Below, piece after piece: positions 46,425-63,565 of a stretch of 64,000 bases of DNA (position 1 is the first letter of the stretch; each line of letters opens with the position of its first letter). The notes below the pieces were generated by a model, which was not told where the DNA came from, searched no databases, and saw only the letters and a program-made list of their open reading frames with translations. Origin of the DNA: Raillietiella orientalis. Taxonomy: Eukaryota. The stretch lies in contig JAYWIR010000003.1 of assembly GCA_036172245.1 (NCBI GenBank), forward strand, positions 1,116,001 through 1,180,000, given 5' to 3'. A program made the position numbers and the translations under genes.

Positions 46425-48937
46425 TCAGCTAGCCTGTGGTTGTTGCAAAGACACACTGAAATCTTGAGCTGAGATCAGAGCAGTTTTGGCAACTGATTCT
46501 GATGGGAAAAGCACTTGCACAAGCAGCTTGCCACCAATAATGGCGTCCGAATTTACACTCACAATCTGGTGGCTACATGGGCTCAGATACTGCAACTGTC
46601 CTCCCAAGGCCACCAAGGGCTGCAGAAGGGTCTCAACTTGTTTTCGATTGTAAGTTTCTGGTATGTTCTGTATCTGCATCACAACAGGCTTCTTAGAATG
46701 TTTTACAACACGTTGCCTACGAATCTACATAAGTGTGCAAAAGAAAATGAGAATGAAAAACGAAACAACAAATATTTCGCTACCTTAGAGTTTCTATGGG
46801 CAAAAGGTGCAGATGCATGTGTTGCAATCATGCCAGGATGTACCAGAGAAGGACCTCCTCCTGCAAACCACTGATCTAATATGAAGAAAATAGCATTTTC
46901 TACTGTATGACTTGGGAATACCTCTCTGATGAGGAGTGTGTATCAGTGCATCTGGCACAGGCACTGCTGATTGGCTCAAAAAAGAAGCTGGTGGATAGGG
47001 GATATTAATTCCCTGCACAAAAAATCAGTAATTTGCTTTAATCTTTCCAAGTTCTGGGACTTCTTACATCTGAAAATCTGGTACCTGGTTCTACCAGTGA
47101 GGCACTTGGCATTGAGTGACCATAAGGACAACTACTAGTAAGCACAGCCAGCATAGGTTGATGATGATTTGTCAAAAAATAAGGAGGATGACTAGAGTGC
47201 AAAATAGCACTACCCCCACTAAAGTGCAGAGTTTTTCAACCAATTCTTTCATAGTTAGCTCCTACTTGTTCAATGCAGATGTAGTGAAAAAGGAATAAGA
47301 ATCTCCAGAGGCACTGCATAACTGCAAGTTCATCAAAGGAGAAAGGGCACTTGTTAAAAATTGCCCAGGGATGGAAGGAAGATCATTGTAGGGGCTAGGA
47401 CAATGGGCAGATGAACTCACTCCTTGAGGAAGACAATACAAGAATCCAGCTGCAGATGTGTTCACTGGTAATACTGGAGGAAAACAGGAGCGTGGATAGA
47501 GAATGGGGGTAACCTGTGGTCCAGAAGAGCCCTCCCCACAATGCAGTTCCTCCATTCCATTAGTGATATCCTCCTGGCATGGTACACTATTTTTTTTTTA
47601 AGAGACCAATTCTAACTAACCACTACACGTGAATGATCCACATTTGTCACAGGAGACTCTGATTCCAAATCCGCTATACTCATTTCTGGCACAATACTCA
47701 TATTATGGCTTACACTGGATGAATAATTGAATTTCTCGTTCATGTGAACAAGGGAAGTTGGTGGCAAGCAATCTGGATTATAGCGATATAAAGAGCCATC
47801 TGCATTTACATATGGCTGGCCAGTCTATAGAAGCCTTTATTTTTTTTAAGAGCTTAAAGCAATGAAACTCACCTGTGGATCAATGAGGACACTTCCAGGG
47901 GGCACATCACTTAGATTGGTAACAGCCCATACCACTTGACGATCCGTTTCTTCTTCCAAGCAAGGGCTGTTTCCATCTTCCGATTTCTGGGAACGATATC
48001 CAGAGCTGCTAGGGCTCGCCACTGAATTGCTGCTAGTGCTAGTAGATTCCTGTTTTGCTAACTGACAGCTGCTGTCCGAAAAAATGGGATAACCATCAAA
48101 GCTACTAGACTTAGATACAATAAAACGAGGCATTATGGGCTTTTCTCCATTTACTGACTCAGTTTTCTCTGTTTTAGGAGCAACTACTACCAAAGGACTT
48201 CCTCTACAAAGCTATGAAGCAAAGTGTACGGTTTAGTCTACCTACTTTGTTTTATCACCGGAATCAGCGAGATGATCACAATTTAGCTCATCTTGCAAAT
48301 TTGTATGTTCAGAAGTACTGGAATTCGGACTTGCTCCATCATCCGATAAACCAGAGTCTTGGCAAAAGATGCGCCGTTTAGCACGCTCGTATTGCTCCTC
48401 CCTTTCCTCGAAACTTTTGCTGTGTCGACAATAGGCTTCTAGAGAAGCCTTCACTGGTTGACTGATTTCGTCTTGCAATGGTAAGTCTCGTTTCAAAATA
48501 CATTTTTTGGGTTCATCAAGTTCTGGTCTCAACTGATCAGAAAAACGCATTTCTGGCATGCGCGTACTGCGTGTTTTGTTCACAATTACTGCAGTGCCAG
48601 CTATGTCAACATTGTGTTCCATCCCAAAATATGCTGCTGCACGATGCACTAACATTCTCTGATAAGATGACATTTCTGGGAAACGATGGCATGGGCGTCT
48701 ACCATCAGCCACTAAAGTGCGCAACTCTTGCTCAATATGCAACAAGAGGTTACGATCTTTTACATTGCGATTGAGTGTATACACCAAAAACTTTTCCAAA
48801 TCAATACCACTGTTGTCAGTATATGAGTCAATTGTTTCTGACAAACTGTCCACATTCTTGTTAAGATGCAACCTGCCACGCTTACTGTAACTTCGTTTAG
48901 TTCCAGCAGGCTCTTCTGATGCTGGTGATGTGTTCTC
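46425..48937 (-). CDS. R3H and SUZ domain RNA-binding protein (R3HDM1/R3HDM2/ARPP-21/encore family), multi-exon; 5' exons not resolved
   Basis: FPEMSSYQRMLVHRAAAYFGMEHNVD (R3H), KSFEEREEQYERAKRRIF (SUZ), VPPGSVLIDPQ; C-terminal RRM-like exon ending at stop 46425; GT-AG introns. Confidence 0.9.
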
Positions 48938-51071
48938 CTGCATGACAGAAGTGAAAATCACAATAACACAGAAAGAGCTCTGCTCTGAAACATATAGTTA
49001 TGAGTCACAAAGTAATCTGAGGTAATTTGGTTCAGTGGTGAAAACTGCATGCTTATAGAAAATTAAGCATCAGGTTTTGTTAAGAAAAACAGAAAAACAA
49101 TTTACTTTCAAATATATTTCAAGGTATGCAAAGAATAAACAAATTATTCATAAAGAACAAACTATGACAAATATTATGGAAAAGTAATATCCATATTCTA
49201 TTAATGGTGATGAAAAGATCACGTGGGTGTTTCAGTGGCCCATCAAGTTGGTATTGAAAAGTTCTGTTAAAGCAAAACTTGTTAAAAGCAATTACAATGA
49301 AACTTTAATCACAATGCAAAATTTCTTTTGTGCAAGAAGTAAAGGATGAATAACAAACAACGTTTTTAATGTGAAATACTTGGGGAACCTCATTATCAAA
49401 AGAATATGCTTCCAGAGCACAAATTTGAATTACTGAAAAATTTAAAGCTTCAAAGTAAGAAAACAACGAGTTACAAATAAACAACTTGAACAATAATCCA
49501 TGTAAATTCATACAAACATGTGCTAGACTCTCCCTTGAAGATTATGCAACTGCTGAAAATTATGCTACTGATTTGTGGTAGTAGAAATTGGCCACAGAAA
49601 ACAGGCACAAAGATAGCAAAAATACTCTGCATCTTAGTAACCTGTCAAAGTTCCCTGGATGGTTGTGCACAAAAATGGCCAAGTAGGAATACAAAACATG
49701 TAAGATAAAATTAAGCACTTGAAAATTGCTCTAGAACTTTATGTGAACAAGTTCAAAATTAGGATTCTTTACAAAGTGCATAAAAATCAAACAAAATGAT
49801 TGTTTTTACTCACAAGGAAAGGAGGATAACAAACAGATCCTCTCATAAGCAAAATTTATTAATTCAATAACCAAGGCAGAGAAGTTTCAAATCCGAAAAC
49901 AAACACACCACATTTTCATATGGTTCTAACACTTACCTACAATATCAAGGTGAACTGAGGTGATAGCTACTTCGGTTTTAATTAAATGACACTTATTATG
50001 AAACACACAAGTTGGAAAGAAAAAAAATCACTCCTTTAGAAAACAAATAGGATGCACGTGATTAAAAAGAGCAACAGTTGAAAGAGGTTTCACTTGAGAC
50101 AGGTTTGACATCACACAAGCAATGCATTGCTTATACACTTATTAATAGGCATATCTCACATTTATAACATAACCAATGAAGAGAACCGAAGTAAGAAGCT
50201 TCGACACACTCACATTTTAAATCAATATGATTAACGACCAGATTCTGTCTTGATAGAATTGTCTTCCTCATCCACAAAATATAGATGTTATTCATAAATT
50301 TGGGTTGGCACTTGGATTTTTCAAGAATTCTGACTTTGTTAAATTTGTTTTACGAGTACATAACTACACTCAGAGAAATCATTTTTCAAGTATATTGTTC
50401 CAAAACTGATTACCCTGTTGTTTATTCATTTGGCCATGATTAATCGAAAAGGATTCTAGCATTGAAATATAGAGAAATTCCAGTTTTTTTTTTTTTTTTT
50501 CTTGACAATTTTTATACTAGCTCTAACCATTAACTTCATTAAATGCTTCAATAATCCAAAAATCAGACATTTATGTAATCACTTTTGTGAATGAGTTAAA
50601 TGAAATCAGCATGACTTCGGGAACTCTACTTAGATTTTTTTTTAAACAACTTCCGAATAACCGATGTACTAAATAATACGTTGAATTGCACATTGAGGAA
50701 CACATTAACATAAAAAATTGCATGAAAGTGCACAAAATATTGATATAACCCGTATTTTTGGCGCTAAAACAAAAACTCAAGAACTCTGCAAACCTAACTA
50801 ACTCCATCCTTTACCGCCAATAACACGTTTTTTTTTTTCTTCTTTTTTTTTTTTTTTTTTTTCTCTCTCCCCCTACTGAGGTACTACTACTTTCCCGACA
50901 GGTGCCATAAGAAATTTATAATGCAAATATCAAAATTCCAATTTGTGCTTCTCGAGAACCGTACGATGAAAAAGTGCTTTCGAGTTTTCCCACCGGAAGG
51001 TTCGGCTGCATTTTTCAGTTGGATGGACTGAACGTAAGAGATTGGGGTGTTCTGCCGGTGCAAACGTATTC

Positions 51072-51198
51072 GAAGGTGAACTCCTTGTATTTAACTGAAA
51101 TGCCGAGGTGCAGTACAGCCTGGCAGCGTACGGAGAAGGTGAATTGCTTGTATTTAATTGAAATGCCGAGGTGCAGTACAACCTGGCAGCGTACGGAG
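51072..51198. repeat. Tandem duplication, 2 x 63 bp
   Basis: gaaggtgaa(c/t)t(c/g)cttgtatttaa(c/t)tgaaatgccgaggtgcagtaca(g/a)cctggcagcgtacgga starts at 51072 and 51135. Confidence 0.9.
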
Positions 51199-54100
51199 GT
51201 TGGCGTTGAACCTTGAAAGAGGGGGCTTTATGAACATAAGATTGCATTCAACACATTTTTAGCACGGTCGATTGCTTCCAAGAATACGACCTCTAATAAT
51301 CCCATGGAGGGAACCATTGGATTTTTTTTTTTTTTTCTTTTTTTGCAATGTCGTAATCACGGTGAAAAAGATACGGAATTTCAAGTTCAAAACTCCTGCT
51401 TACAAGGATTATTATTACAGGGTGCAGTAAAATCACGCGAAGGAATTTAAAATGCATAATTGTATTTTTTTTTTATCATTATTATTTATTCTCCACTGTA
51501 AGATTATGCTGCCTTGCAAGCATGTCCGGAGAGAATTCCTGATAAGTGTATTGAAAAGTATTTGTTCACTTATTTGTCATCAGCACTCTTGACTTGAAAT
51601 GTGTTGCTTCCTGATTCCCGTAATTCCAGACAAGTATTCAACTTTTATTTTTTACTCGAAATCACGTAATGGATGATCACACGGAGATCTGATGGAGTGA
51701 AGGAATTAGAAAGTCGCTGTTTGATATGGCAATTCAATGCAAAATGTGTCGTGAAATATTTTGTATTGATACACATCTTTGTGTTTTGAGATCCGCCAGA
51801 GATCAGACGTCATCATGGCTTGACGATAGTACTATGTACTTTTTCTCATGAAGAAGCTCAATCTTATCGCCTTTACGTAACCTCCACGTAAATTCGGTTA
51901 TTGGTTTCCCGATTTGACAAGCTGATTTGCTTCCTTTTTTTTTTTTTTCTTTGAAATTTGCAAAGGATGGAGACAGGACAAAATTATCCTAGGATGCGTA
52001 ATTTTTGCAAATGTTCGTTTGTTTTTACGTTCAAAAGAAATGTAAGCTATCATGGTTTTCCATAGAATCCACCCTTTCACAAAATTCACGGATCTTTTCC
52101 TAATTAGACCTTTTTTCCAACCTGTTGACGTAGATTTATCTAGAGAAGAAAATCCAATTCAAAATGTTTCGATATGCTTCGATTCCCAAATTCCTTCAGA
52201 AACTGATGAATTTAAGTCGTGTTAGGACCTAACAAGAGACGTTTTGACGAACTGTGTCTTTAGCAGGATTTGGCATACCTTTTCCCATAACATCAGCGTG
52301 GTTAAGTGCTGCTTTATTTAATGCCCACTTCAGTTATTAGAATCAAAAAATCACATTGAGTCTGCTGATCAGAAGGACGATGGCAACGTAGCGGAGTATT
52401 CTTCATGCATGTCGCTCGACCGGAAACAGCTACAACTTGAAACAAGTCTTACGAAGACCTTCCTGAATTTCCACATTCAAATGTTCCATCGGCAAGAAGC
52501 AGATCTCTGTAGAGAAAAATAGAGATATGATATAATTTTCTAGCAGAAAGGATATATGTGTGATGAATAGTTCCGAAGTATAATGAAAAGCCCGATTTAC
52601 CGAAAATCACGATATTCAGAACTTCATTTGGTGAAATATAATGGAATTTCGTATCATATAAACTTGGAGTAGAAATGAAGCGTGTGTTACTTTTGAAAAT
52701 GACTGCCAGTTGTAAAGTTACTTTAGGAACTCCACAACTATCCTAAGAAAAAAGAAATTTCGGAATATGAGATGAGTAATGGTAAGATTAGGAACGTTTA
52801 GAATATCCAAAGCTTCAAAAGGTGACAGCCACATGTAGGCAAGTGCATCACTCTTGATGTCTTCAATTGTCTTCAATACTACGTTGTACTTACAGGGAGT
52901 TGTAAAATAATTCAGGATAAGTAGTCAGCGTTTAGCAAGTGCATTCTCAGGGAAGGAGTTTCCGGATTTGATTTAGGTAAGCACTGGTCTAATGCATTAG
53001 ATGCGTCCCATGTCCGTGGGCGCCTGGGTGATGAATTATACAGAGAAGCTTGTTTCTATTATGAACTGTTTAGCAAAACTGTAGATACGATACTCTACAT
53101 TCAACTTGTAATCTTCCATCGAACTATGGATTTGTATGTTGAGGGAAGGTGTGGTTGTGCCTGGGCGAGAAGCGATTTTTTTTTATTCGTATTCCGTAAG
53201 ATGTAGTTTACAGAAAATACAAGCTCTGTAATGATCCTTCGGCACTTGCTAGAACCTTAGTTCGAGAACCTTCTAATTGACAAGCAAGGTACGTAATTCT
53301 AGTTGAGCTAGTATCCAAGGTATTCCTCAACTGACAGATTTGTTTGGATACATTTTCCCCCACTGCCCATAAAGCTGAAGCAATCCATATCTAACGATTC
53401 AGAGAATTCAAAGTAATGCAGATATATCTATTTTTTTTTTTTTCCTTGAAATTTACTGAGAGCGAAAATTAATCTACGGAGATTATGAACTTTTTGATCA
53501 ATTCTGTATTGATCAAAAGGTTTGAAAAACAGTTACTTAGTATTTGAAAAAAACAAAAAAAAACTTTTAGGGAGTAACTCGTGAGATGGAAGGAAAGACA
53601 ATACCGATAAGTATTATCACACGATGCAATGTATATATCTTAAATAAGTCGCAACAGTAACTGATCACTGTATAATGAGGCAGCAGGTGAAACGAAGGAC
53701 TAAAGATGCTTTAAAAACAAAAGCGTGAAACCAATTGCGTGGGAATTTAAAGTTTCTCACAGGCCATATTTGATGAAAAACATTAACTTATTTTACTTCA
53801 TTTGTTTTCGTATTCACTAAAACAAATTTGCGAGAGAATTGGATGCGTTCCAATAACGAAATGCTTTCACAGGTGCCAAACTGGTTAAGCACAAAAACAC
53901 GTAAATTCCCACCAATCGAGAACGTGTTCATTCAGAATTTCGTGTTTTGTGGAGAGAAGTCGGAATTGAGCTTTCATTTTCAAGGTGTGAGTTGTGAGTT
54001 GAGCTGGATAGTCAGACGAAAATGGTGAGCACCTTTCAGAAAATAATGGCAAATTTGATATACAGGAGGTTTTGATGAACAAGACTTGGAACAAAAATTA

Positions 54101-55995
54101 TTCCTATGATGACCAATCTCATTAAAGTGTGTTCGAAGGATTCATTACTGCCTGCTTTCTTTTTGTCTCAACGTAGATGATTTTCTCCACTCGAGGTTGA
54201 TTAATAGGTATATTTTCCGTGGGTCGCGAGTCAAGGAATTTCAAACGACATTTGACATAGTTCTGATTCTACGATTAGACAGTAGGTTTTTTTCGATTTC
54301 GTTGGATTGAGCTGTGCGTGAGATATGTTGTGTGTGTAAGGCTAATTTTGTCTAAAAAGCTTTACATGTTGCCATATGAATGGGTAAAATTTATTTCTCG
54401 CAATGCGGAGATCATCTGATATAAATCTGCTTTTCCCTATCCATAATTTTGGACTTGAAGCGAGCACATCTCCATCGAAATGAGAATAGGGATAGCGGTA
54501 TGAATGATCGATCGAAATGCTCAAATTGATTACCAGGCTTCTTTTCTGAATCTGGGTTTGTTTTGCATATGTGTTACTTCCGGTTGCCTCAAAAGGAGTG
54601 GATAGCAAAGAATACAATTTTGCAGGAGTCCGTCGTACAGTGTGGGCTTGCTTATTGGCAGATTTCAAGATAGAATACTCACCAAGTACGTGTCTTCAAA
54701 ATTTTCTAGTTCATGTACAGTACGTTTCAGAAATTCCGATATGCGAACCGATTATTATAGGTTATTACTGTTTTAGAGAATCTACGAAAATTGTCTTTCA
54801 GGAAATGAATGCAAAGTGAAATCTTCCATGTACTGAACTGTATCTAATCTTTTTTGTTATGAACATAACGCATAATTGTTTCAGTATTCAATTTTTCAAG
54901 CTGAAAATCACTGAAAACGAATACATAAGTGAGAAAGTGATTTTCCACAACATGGTTTGGTTTGCAGTAATGATGACCAAACTGCATGAGTACGAATTGA
55001 AGTGGAGCAAAGTGTGAGTAAAGTCTGGAGATCAACTCATTTGTGTACTCCTTTGACTAATCTGCCCAAAATAAAAACGACAGGGCTATACCGATACAAA
55101 ACGAACATAGGAAGGGAAAAAATCACATCCGCTAAAATTTGAAACCGGAATTCCCATTCGTTTAATTCAAAAAAATAACCAGTACACTGCTGCATGGCAA
55201 AATACGTTTTAATCAGTAATGCTATATATTCATCTTGATTAGCCTTAATTTTCCAAAAATCACACCTTCTCCTTTCCTTTCAAACAGTCATGTATTTTCA
55301 ATGATCAGATGCACTAGTTTGTCCAAAATATTTTTGGAACGTATTTTAAGAAATGGATCCAGATATGTTAATGCGCCAAAATAAAATACATCTATACCTT
55401 ATTTTTCATTCATGCAAATTAAAAAAGTTTTACATTTCAATGAGCATGCATAATGCACTTACGATTCTTGACTTCCACAAAACATAAAGTAGATTCACAT
55501 AACTTGTTTATCCTCTAAATGGCAAATAGTGATGTCACACATGCCCACACTTTCAATTTTTCAAGTGCAAGGATTCATTATACAGGAGCAAGGAATTAAC
55601 CAATTAGAGGTCTATTTATACATGTGTATAACACTGAAAGTTACCTTAAAATGAAACAACCTCCCCAAAAATAATCAACAGAAAGTGAGACAAGTGTTAC
55701 AACTTGTTGGTCATCGTGTGAAATGTACATGCAAGTTTACAACTGAAAAGTTGGTTATGATAACAAACTAGCAGAAGTAGCTACAATTATTGAAAGATTT
55801 TAATGAAGGAACAGCCTCTGATACAATATGACTGCTAAAACTGAGTGAAATCAGAATAGTCTAACTGAATTTGCCAGACTTTCAGGAAGCTTTTTCTGTT
55901 GCTCCATAAAAATGCATATGTTTAACTCAGCACACTTGACTCTGGAGTAATATAAATAAGCTTTTGGCTTATTAAAATTTTGACGTTCCTTACAA

Positions 55996-57357
<1,362 letters not shown>

Positions 57358-60300
57358 CTAGACATAAGATAAAGATTGCAAATAGAGATCATTTTATTTA
57401 AGAAAACCAACAACCCTCATACAAATTCAATTAACAAAGTGCTAAACACGGTATTTAAAACAAGTTTTCATGAATTTTTGGGTTGATGCCCAAGAATAAT
57501 TGAATCAATACCACCCCTAAATTGAAAAATGCAAACATACAAACTAAAATTAGTGATGTATCAGTGATGGTTAGTTGCCATGAAGGTCAGGATTCTGATA
57601 CAACAATTTACCATAGAACAAAGAGCAAATATTCAACTCTTACGAGCAAAAATGTGACTGTGCTGATAAGTTACTTAACTTTTGAAATTTTATTTTAAAT
57701 GTGATCACTACCAATACTCTAGAATCTAAATTGCTCACCTGAATCTTAATCAATATAAATCCACTCAAAAAATGTCATTTTTTTTTCCTTTCATTTGCAT
57801 GTGGATAACAGAATGCAGCACATGGACTTGCTCTCTTCATTTTCATACCTGTTTACTTGTTATACCTCCTTTCGGAAAATTTTAAAGAACTACATTCTTC
57901 ATCCTAAAAACATACGAAACTGATCGTAATTGATTCAGAATAAAGCATGCAGCACACTCTTATCAAATTCCAGCACTGGAATCATGTATGATCATTCATG
58001 CACTCATTGAGTTTAAAATGTAGCAGTACAAACCCTCAACACGCAAAGCACCATGGTCTGTTTTACCATTTTTCATTGGAAAATACTAGAACTGAATTAA
58101 AAATAAACTTTGTACTTGTAATTTCGTCTTATCAAATCAACGTGTCCGATAACGTAACCCAAAAGCAGTTAGCACAAAGGCTATGCTTTCGAATGTTTTT
58201 GCTGCATATGCAGTTTAATCTTTCATTAGGAGTTTTTTACATACGGGCCGTTAATGGTACTAAAGCAACTCATGCAGAAAAATGCCTACAAATATGAAAA
58301 CATAAGAACAAGCAAATGACCACATGCAGGCCATAGTTTCCCATTTTATTTTTCCAGCCTCAGAACATCGAGTTTAGTACAACTTGAAAAAAAAGATACT
58401 TTCATTAAGAAAAGGTATTGCAGATATTACCCATTTTTCGAATACTCGGTGCAAGTTTGGAAAGAGGACCTTTCGCAAAGCAGAGTACGCATTTTTTTCT
58501 TCTTCTTCTTCTGCGTTTCGTGTCGAGGATGAGTAAGAGTTGTGTTCACGAACGAGTACTTACAAAATCGATGCGACAACAGAATAGCTCTGTGCGTTAC
58601 CATCACACGCGTAAAAAATTTAATGTGGCAAAAACACTCCTTGACTGTTGTCGATTACATGTTGGGTTTAGTGAATTTCCGAACGAATAAAAGCGCTTCT
58701 TTTTTTTTTCTTTTCTTTTTTTTTTATTCGCTTGTCTTCAGAAGCACATGTAGGGAAAAGGATAAGGGAAAGTATGTTATTCTACAGTTACCGGAACCAT
58801 TTCATAAACTGTTCTGTGTTTCCAGTAGTCATCCAAACTTCCTAAATTTTCACATCAATAATAACTTTCTTCGGGAAAATTAAACGTGTATTTTTTGAAA
58901 AAAAAAAAAAAAAAACAACAACGTGGACTTGGCATCTATAATTTGATTTTATTAAATGGGCATTCCTATAGCTTCGTTAAGAAAATTTTAAACTTCGTTT
59001 CTAAACTCTTTAAGATATCTTGAGGGTTGCAATGAAGATTGGAAACATCTTACATGCTGCAAAACATCGCCCTTTCCTATCACAAGATATGGACAGGTGT
59101 CTGTATACACATATTTCCATGAATTGCTTCCAGAGTAGCCACGCTTTTAGGTTTATCGGTGACTGATTTTCGATCACCTCAACTCTTTAGTAGACAAGCA
59201 GTGTATTCGGAATTTAAAACGATACAGTTAAAAGCAGAACAAATTATTTCAGAAAATCCATTAATCGATACTGCGTTTTAACACCGACATGTAATTTTCA
59301 AACTGGAGTCAGACTCTTACTTAGCATGTGTTCATATGTGCACTCTTCTTTAAGAGATATGAAACATGAGATATCTTCCATCAAGGATATTAGAATATCT
59401 GATGGTTTTTTGTCGCATTATTTTTAATCTTTCCTGAGTTTTAAAAGCGCCGGTAATTTCTCATTCAAAGATCTCTATTATTCCAAAAGGATATGATTGT
59501 TAATAAAGGAACCTCGCTAACATGCAATTTTTAAAAAGCGTTACTCGAAAGCTTTGCAACATTTGTTACCCACTCTTATTGATAGTTACATACAAAAAAT
59601 ATTGCATAGAAGAAAAGCTTTTAAAAGTTTAGCAGCTTAAGAGAATTTAAACAATGCAACAATACTTCTCAAATTGAAAATAACAAAAACAGTCTTCTGA
59701 AGTGAACAGCTATGCAATAAAGATACAGTCTGGAAAAAAAGAAAATACAAAACTTCGATATGCACAAGTTTCTTGGCCCAAAATTGTAAACTGCTTCCAA
59801 CTAATACCAGTGAGAATGGTCACTATTATAAACATTTGTCATTTGATTTGAAGCTCACAATGAACAATCAGATCAGATTCTGAACAAGTCACTCGCCCTT
59901 AATTTTGTAAAATCTAATCATTTCAAAAATACTCTGAACCACAAGCATTCGAAAGCATTCATAAACGCTCAAATACGTTGGGGGTAATAAGTTTCATGAA
60001 AATTAAGTTATTCACGAGCATATGATTTAATTATTCGTGCTTCCTTCATCAATGAACACTTTTAGATAGAAACACAAAATGCTCGATTTTTCTCAAATAT
60101 CACGGTTAAATGCTTTGTCAACCAATAGAGCACATAAATGCATCCAGATCTTCCTTTAATAGTTGATATATGCTCTTACTACAGCATTATTACAAAGTTT
60201 GTGATGACCGTTTTAGTAATATCAAAGATTTCACTTTGGCATACAAAGATTTAAGAGTTCCTGTATTTCATATATGCAAGGTGTTATGGTTCCATACTGT

Positions 60301-63300
60301 ACCTAAGAGAAAAAAGAATAAAGAATTCGGATGAAAGGAAAGCATCTTGTGGCGAGAGAATAGAGAAAACTTAAGGGCAGAATTCATTGAAAGAACAAAG
60401 TCTGCAACTACTTGAAAGAACCAAATTTGAGAGCTTACAAAAAGAATAAGGTACTGAAACTGAATGGTAAGTGAAACTCCCCATTATTTTGAATTTTGCA
60501 ATTTTTTTTATACATTTATTAATGTGTTGGCGTCATGTACAAGACATCCCAATGCTTTCCTAAAATTTCCTATAGCAGTGTCTAGATTTTCGGCATACCA
60601 ATATATAATTGTATTTTTTGGGGGGAATTTCATCCACCAGAAACAGCAGTCGTTATGAGATGATGTTCAATAATTACCTACGAAAAAGGGAAGTCTTTTT
60701 CAGGAGACGAAGATTCCGAGATACCTTCGCTAGAAAGCATCCCTGTAGATGTCTGCATGTGATGGGTTGATTTCCCTTCTGATGATGTCGCAGTACAAAT
60801 TCTCTTCCATCCATTGGTGAAATTGGAGCAATTCGTTTCGTCTTGGATGAAATTGCTCCATGATGACGTTTAAGCGTGTAATCAGTGAGAAGCGGGTCGT
60901 GTAGCAGTCAGCATTCAATAAGCTGCTAACTGTATGATCAGATAACCGTATAAATAAAATAGTATCAAATATCAGTGAAGTCCATTGATAATCTTCATTG
61001 GAAGTGGAAGAAAAATAGTAATAATTTAATGATGTATTTCTCAAAGTTTGTTTTGAAAATACTTTTGGGGTGCACAGTTTTATAGTACTTGCCACATTAT
61101 TCTTAAAACATAGTTCAAGTAAACAAATCTCAATAGTAGTTCTTTATAATGCATCACCTTGTTTACAGTTAGTTCTTTTCTTCTGACATCAGCGATTGTT
61201 CTTTAATGTTTGCGATGTGCAGCATAAAAGCACTTTCGTTTAAATTATTTTCCCAATTTCAAATAATAATTTCAGTCCTAATTCGTTTCAATGAATCTTC
61301 AAAATAAATATTGTTTCAGAACGTTAAAATATAATGGGAAAGAATGGAACAATATTATTCTTTATTTAATTCCAGAAAGAGAAACAGACATTTGGAAATC
61401 GGATGGTTTCATAACTTCATGAAAGTTTGAGCTGAAATTATTGATTTAGTCGTGTATTTGTTTGGAAATTCGCCTTGTAGAATGATGGGAAACCTAAGGC
61501 ACGAACATGAACTTTTGGTGGTAAACAAGGGGGGGGGGGGGTTCAGTCCGCGAACTACAATACAAAATTGCTTTGAGATTTACTCCGCTTGCAGTTTCAT
61601 ATCGAAACCGAAGAACCCGGTTGCTAACCGCCAGCTTCTGCGGAATCCCGATATCCGGTATCTTTCTGAGGAATCATCCAGGGCAAGTTCCCTTTATTTG
61701 CTCAGTGAACTACGCAAATACACACCTGAAGTAAACAAATAATTACTTACATAATTATTGACATGTGACCCCAGTCATAATTATCTATTCGGATGCTTTG
61801 CGGTCACCATTGGATACTAAGCATCTAATTATGATCTCATCAGGCAACCGATGTCATACTGAAGACGTGTATTAATGCAATGTGCTTGCATTTCCGCACA
61901 ATCGACGCATACCGCATAATACTTTGCAAAGAAAGAACGCCTTGGTTTGATGAGGGGGGAGGGTCTCTTGACTTCAATTTTTCTTCGAAATGTCTCTGAG
62001 ACTTAAAGCAAAGAGAAACGAACAAACCTAATCTGATTTCTCGAAAATGATCGGCCTACTTAAACCTCGAAGTTTTTCAACTCGGGTCTCACGGGCAAGG
62101 AAATTTTCGTGAACACGAGTACAGGAGAAATGCAGCTACTTTTGGGGCGCCAGATCCAGTCAATTTTACAAAGCTTCAATGAAAAGCGGATTGCCAGATT
62201 GGATGCAATAAGCATTTTATGAAAATCGTTCATGCAAGAACAATTCCACACTTAAGTGATTTGCGTCTAGTCTATATGTGTATACATATCGGAAATGCCG
62301 TACACTTTTTTCTTACAAGTGTTTCTGCAATTTCTACAAGACTACGAGGCTACTGATTCCTTGCATCCCACTTTTCTGTAGATTTGATAACTGGCGATAG
62401 CAGTCGTTGACCCACAGGCTACGCAGGTTCAAGAGTAAAAAGAAAAAAAAAAGAAAAAAGTGAGCATGTATGAATGGTTTTCAAACTTTCTTGTCAATTT
62501 GCAATATTTTTGTGATGAAACTAATTCACTGTGTACTCTGCATCCAGGCTTTCCACGTGCATATGCCAAGATACACCGTTAAAGGCGAGAAAATTAAGAT
62601 CGTAAAGTGATTCCCCTTTTTGTTGGAAATCAATCGCCGGTCGTCAATTAATTTTCATTCTTACTCAATCCTCCAAATTTCATATGAAATTATTGAGGAC
62701 TTTCATTCTAAATTATAAAAGAGAAATCCCTTAAATGTTTACGGAAGTTGCGAGCAGCACCTGGAAATGGATGGTTTCTAAGAACTTGTCAATTCAGTAC
62801 AATTCAATAAATTCGAACAAATAGACTGACAGTAAATGAATCCAGAGTTCAATATACAACCACGTGCTGAATTAAGGTTCCATGTTTTCTGAACTATTTA
62901 CATCTTATAAAAGTGTGAAAACATTGAAAAATCTATCTACCCTTCTCTCCAAAACAGTAGGCTGCTAATTACGAAGATCCACGTTGTCTTGGCGCCAAAT
63001 CCTACGTTTTTGCATGCAACTCTTTTGTGATTAAAAAGTAATGCGTGTCATCAATTGTGAATATACACTTTTTTGTACCTTGCACAAAGGTTATAAATAA
63101 ATCTCTGTAGTGTCAGTTTTATATAATTCATGAAACTCAATTCTTAACGTTGGTTAACACATGTAACTTACCCGATAGGTCATTAATGCCCGTCATAACA
63201 AATACATTCGTGTATTACTCGTGGTTATGATTCAATGCATGCACGAGCTGATATTTTGAATGCTCTCAGAAGGGTGAAAGGAAAATCATGCTGCTGATGT

Positions 63301-63565
63301 GCATACTAATCAAAGGTGAAAAAATTTTCAACAGCTTGTATTTATTTCTTCTTGTTTTCTGCAAAGTCCTTGTTAATAAAGAGACGTGAATTCTGAAAAT
63401 ACATTCACTATATTGAAAAAAAAAAAAAAAAAAAAAATCAATTGCACAGAGATATGGTATCTTCCAGTGTATATTTAAATTGAAAGAAATAATCCTGTGT
63501 AGGTGCGTTCATATCACAATGTAGTCACACAATTATTTTCATCACATTCTTGAGTAGTTACCTAA

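Noticed and set aside
51072..51198. CRISPR-like repeat
   Set aside because: Only two adjacent 63-bp copies with no spacer, in a eukaryotic context with no cas genes.
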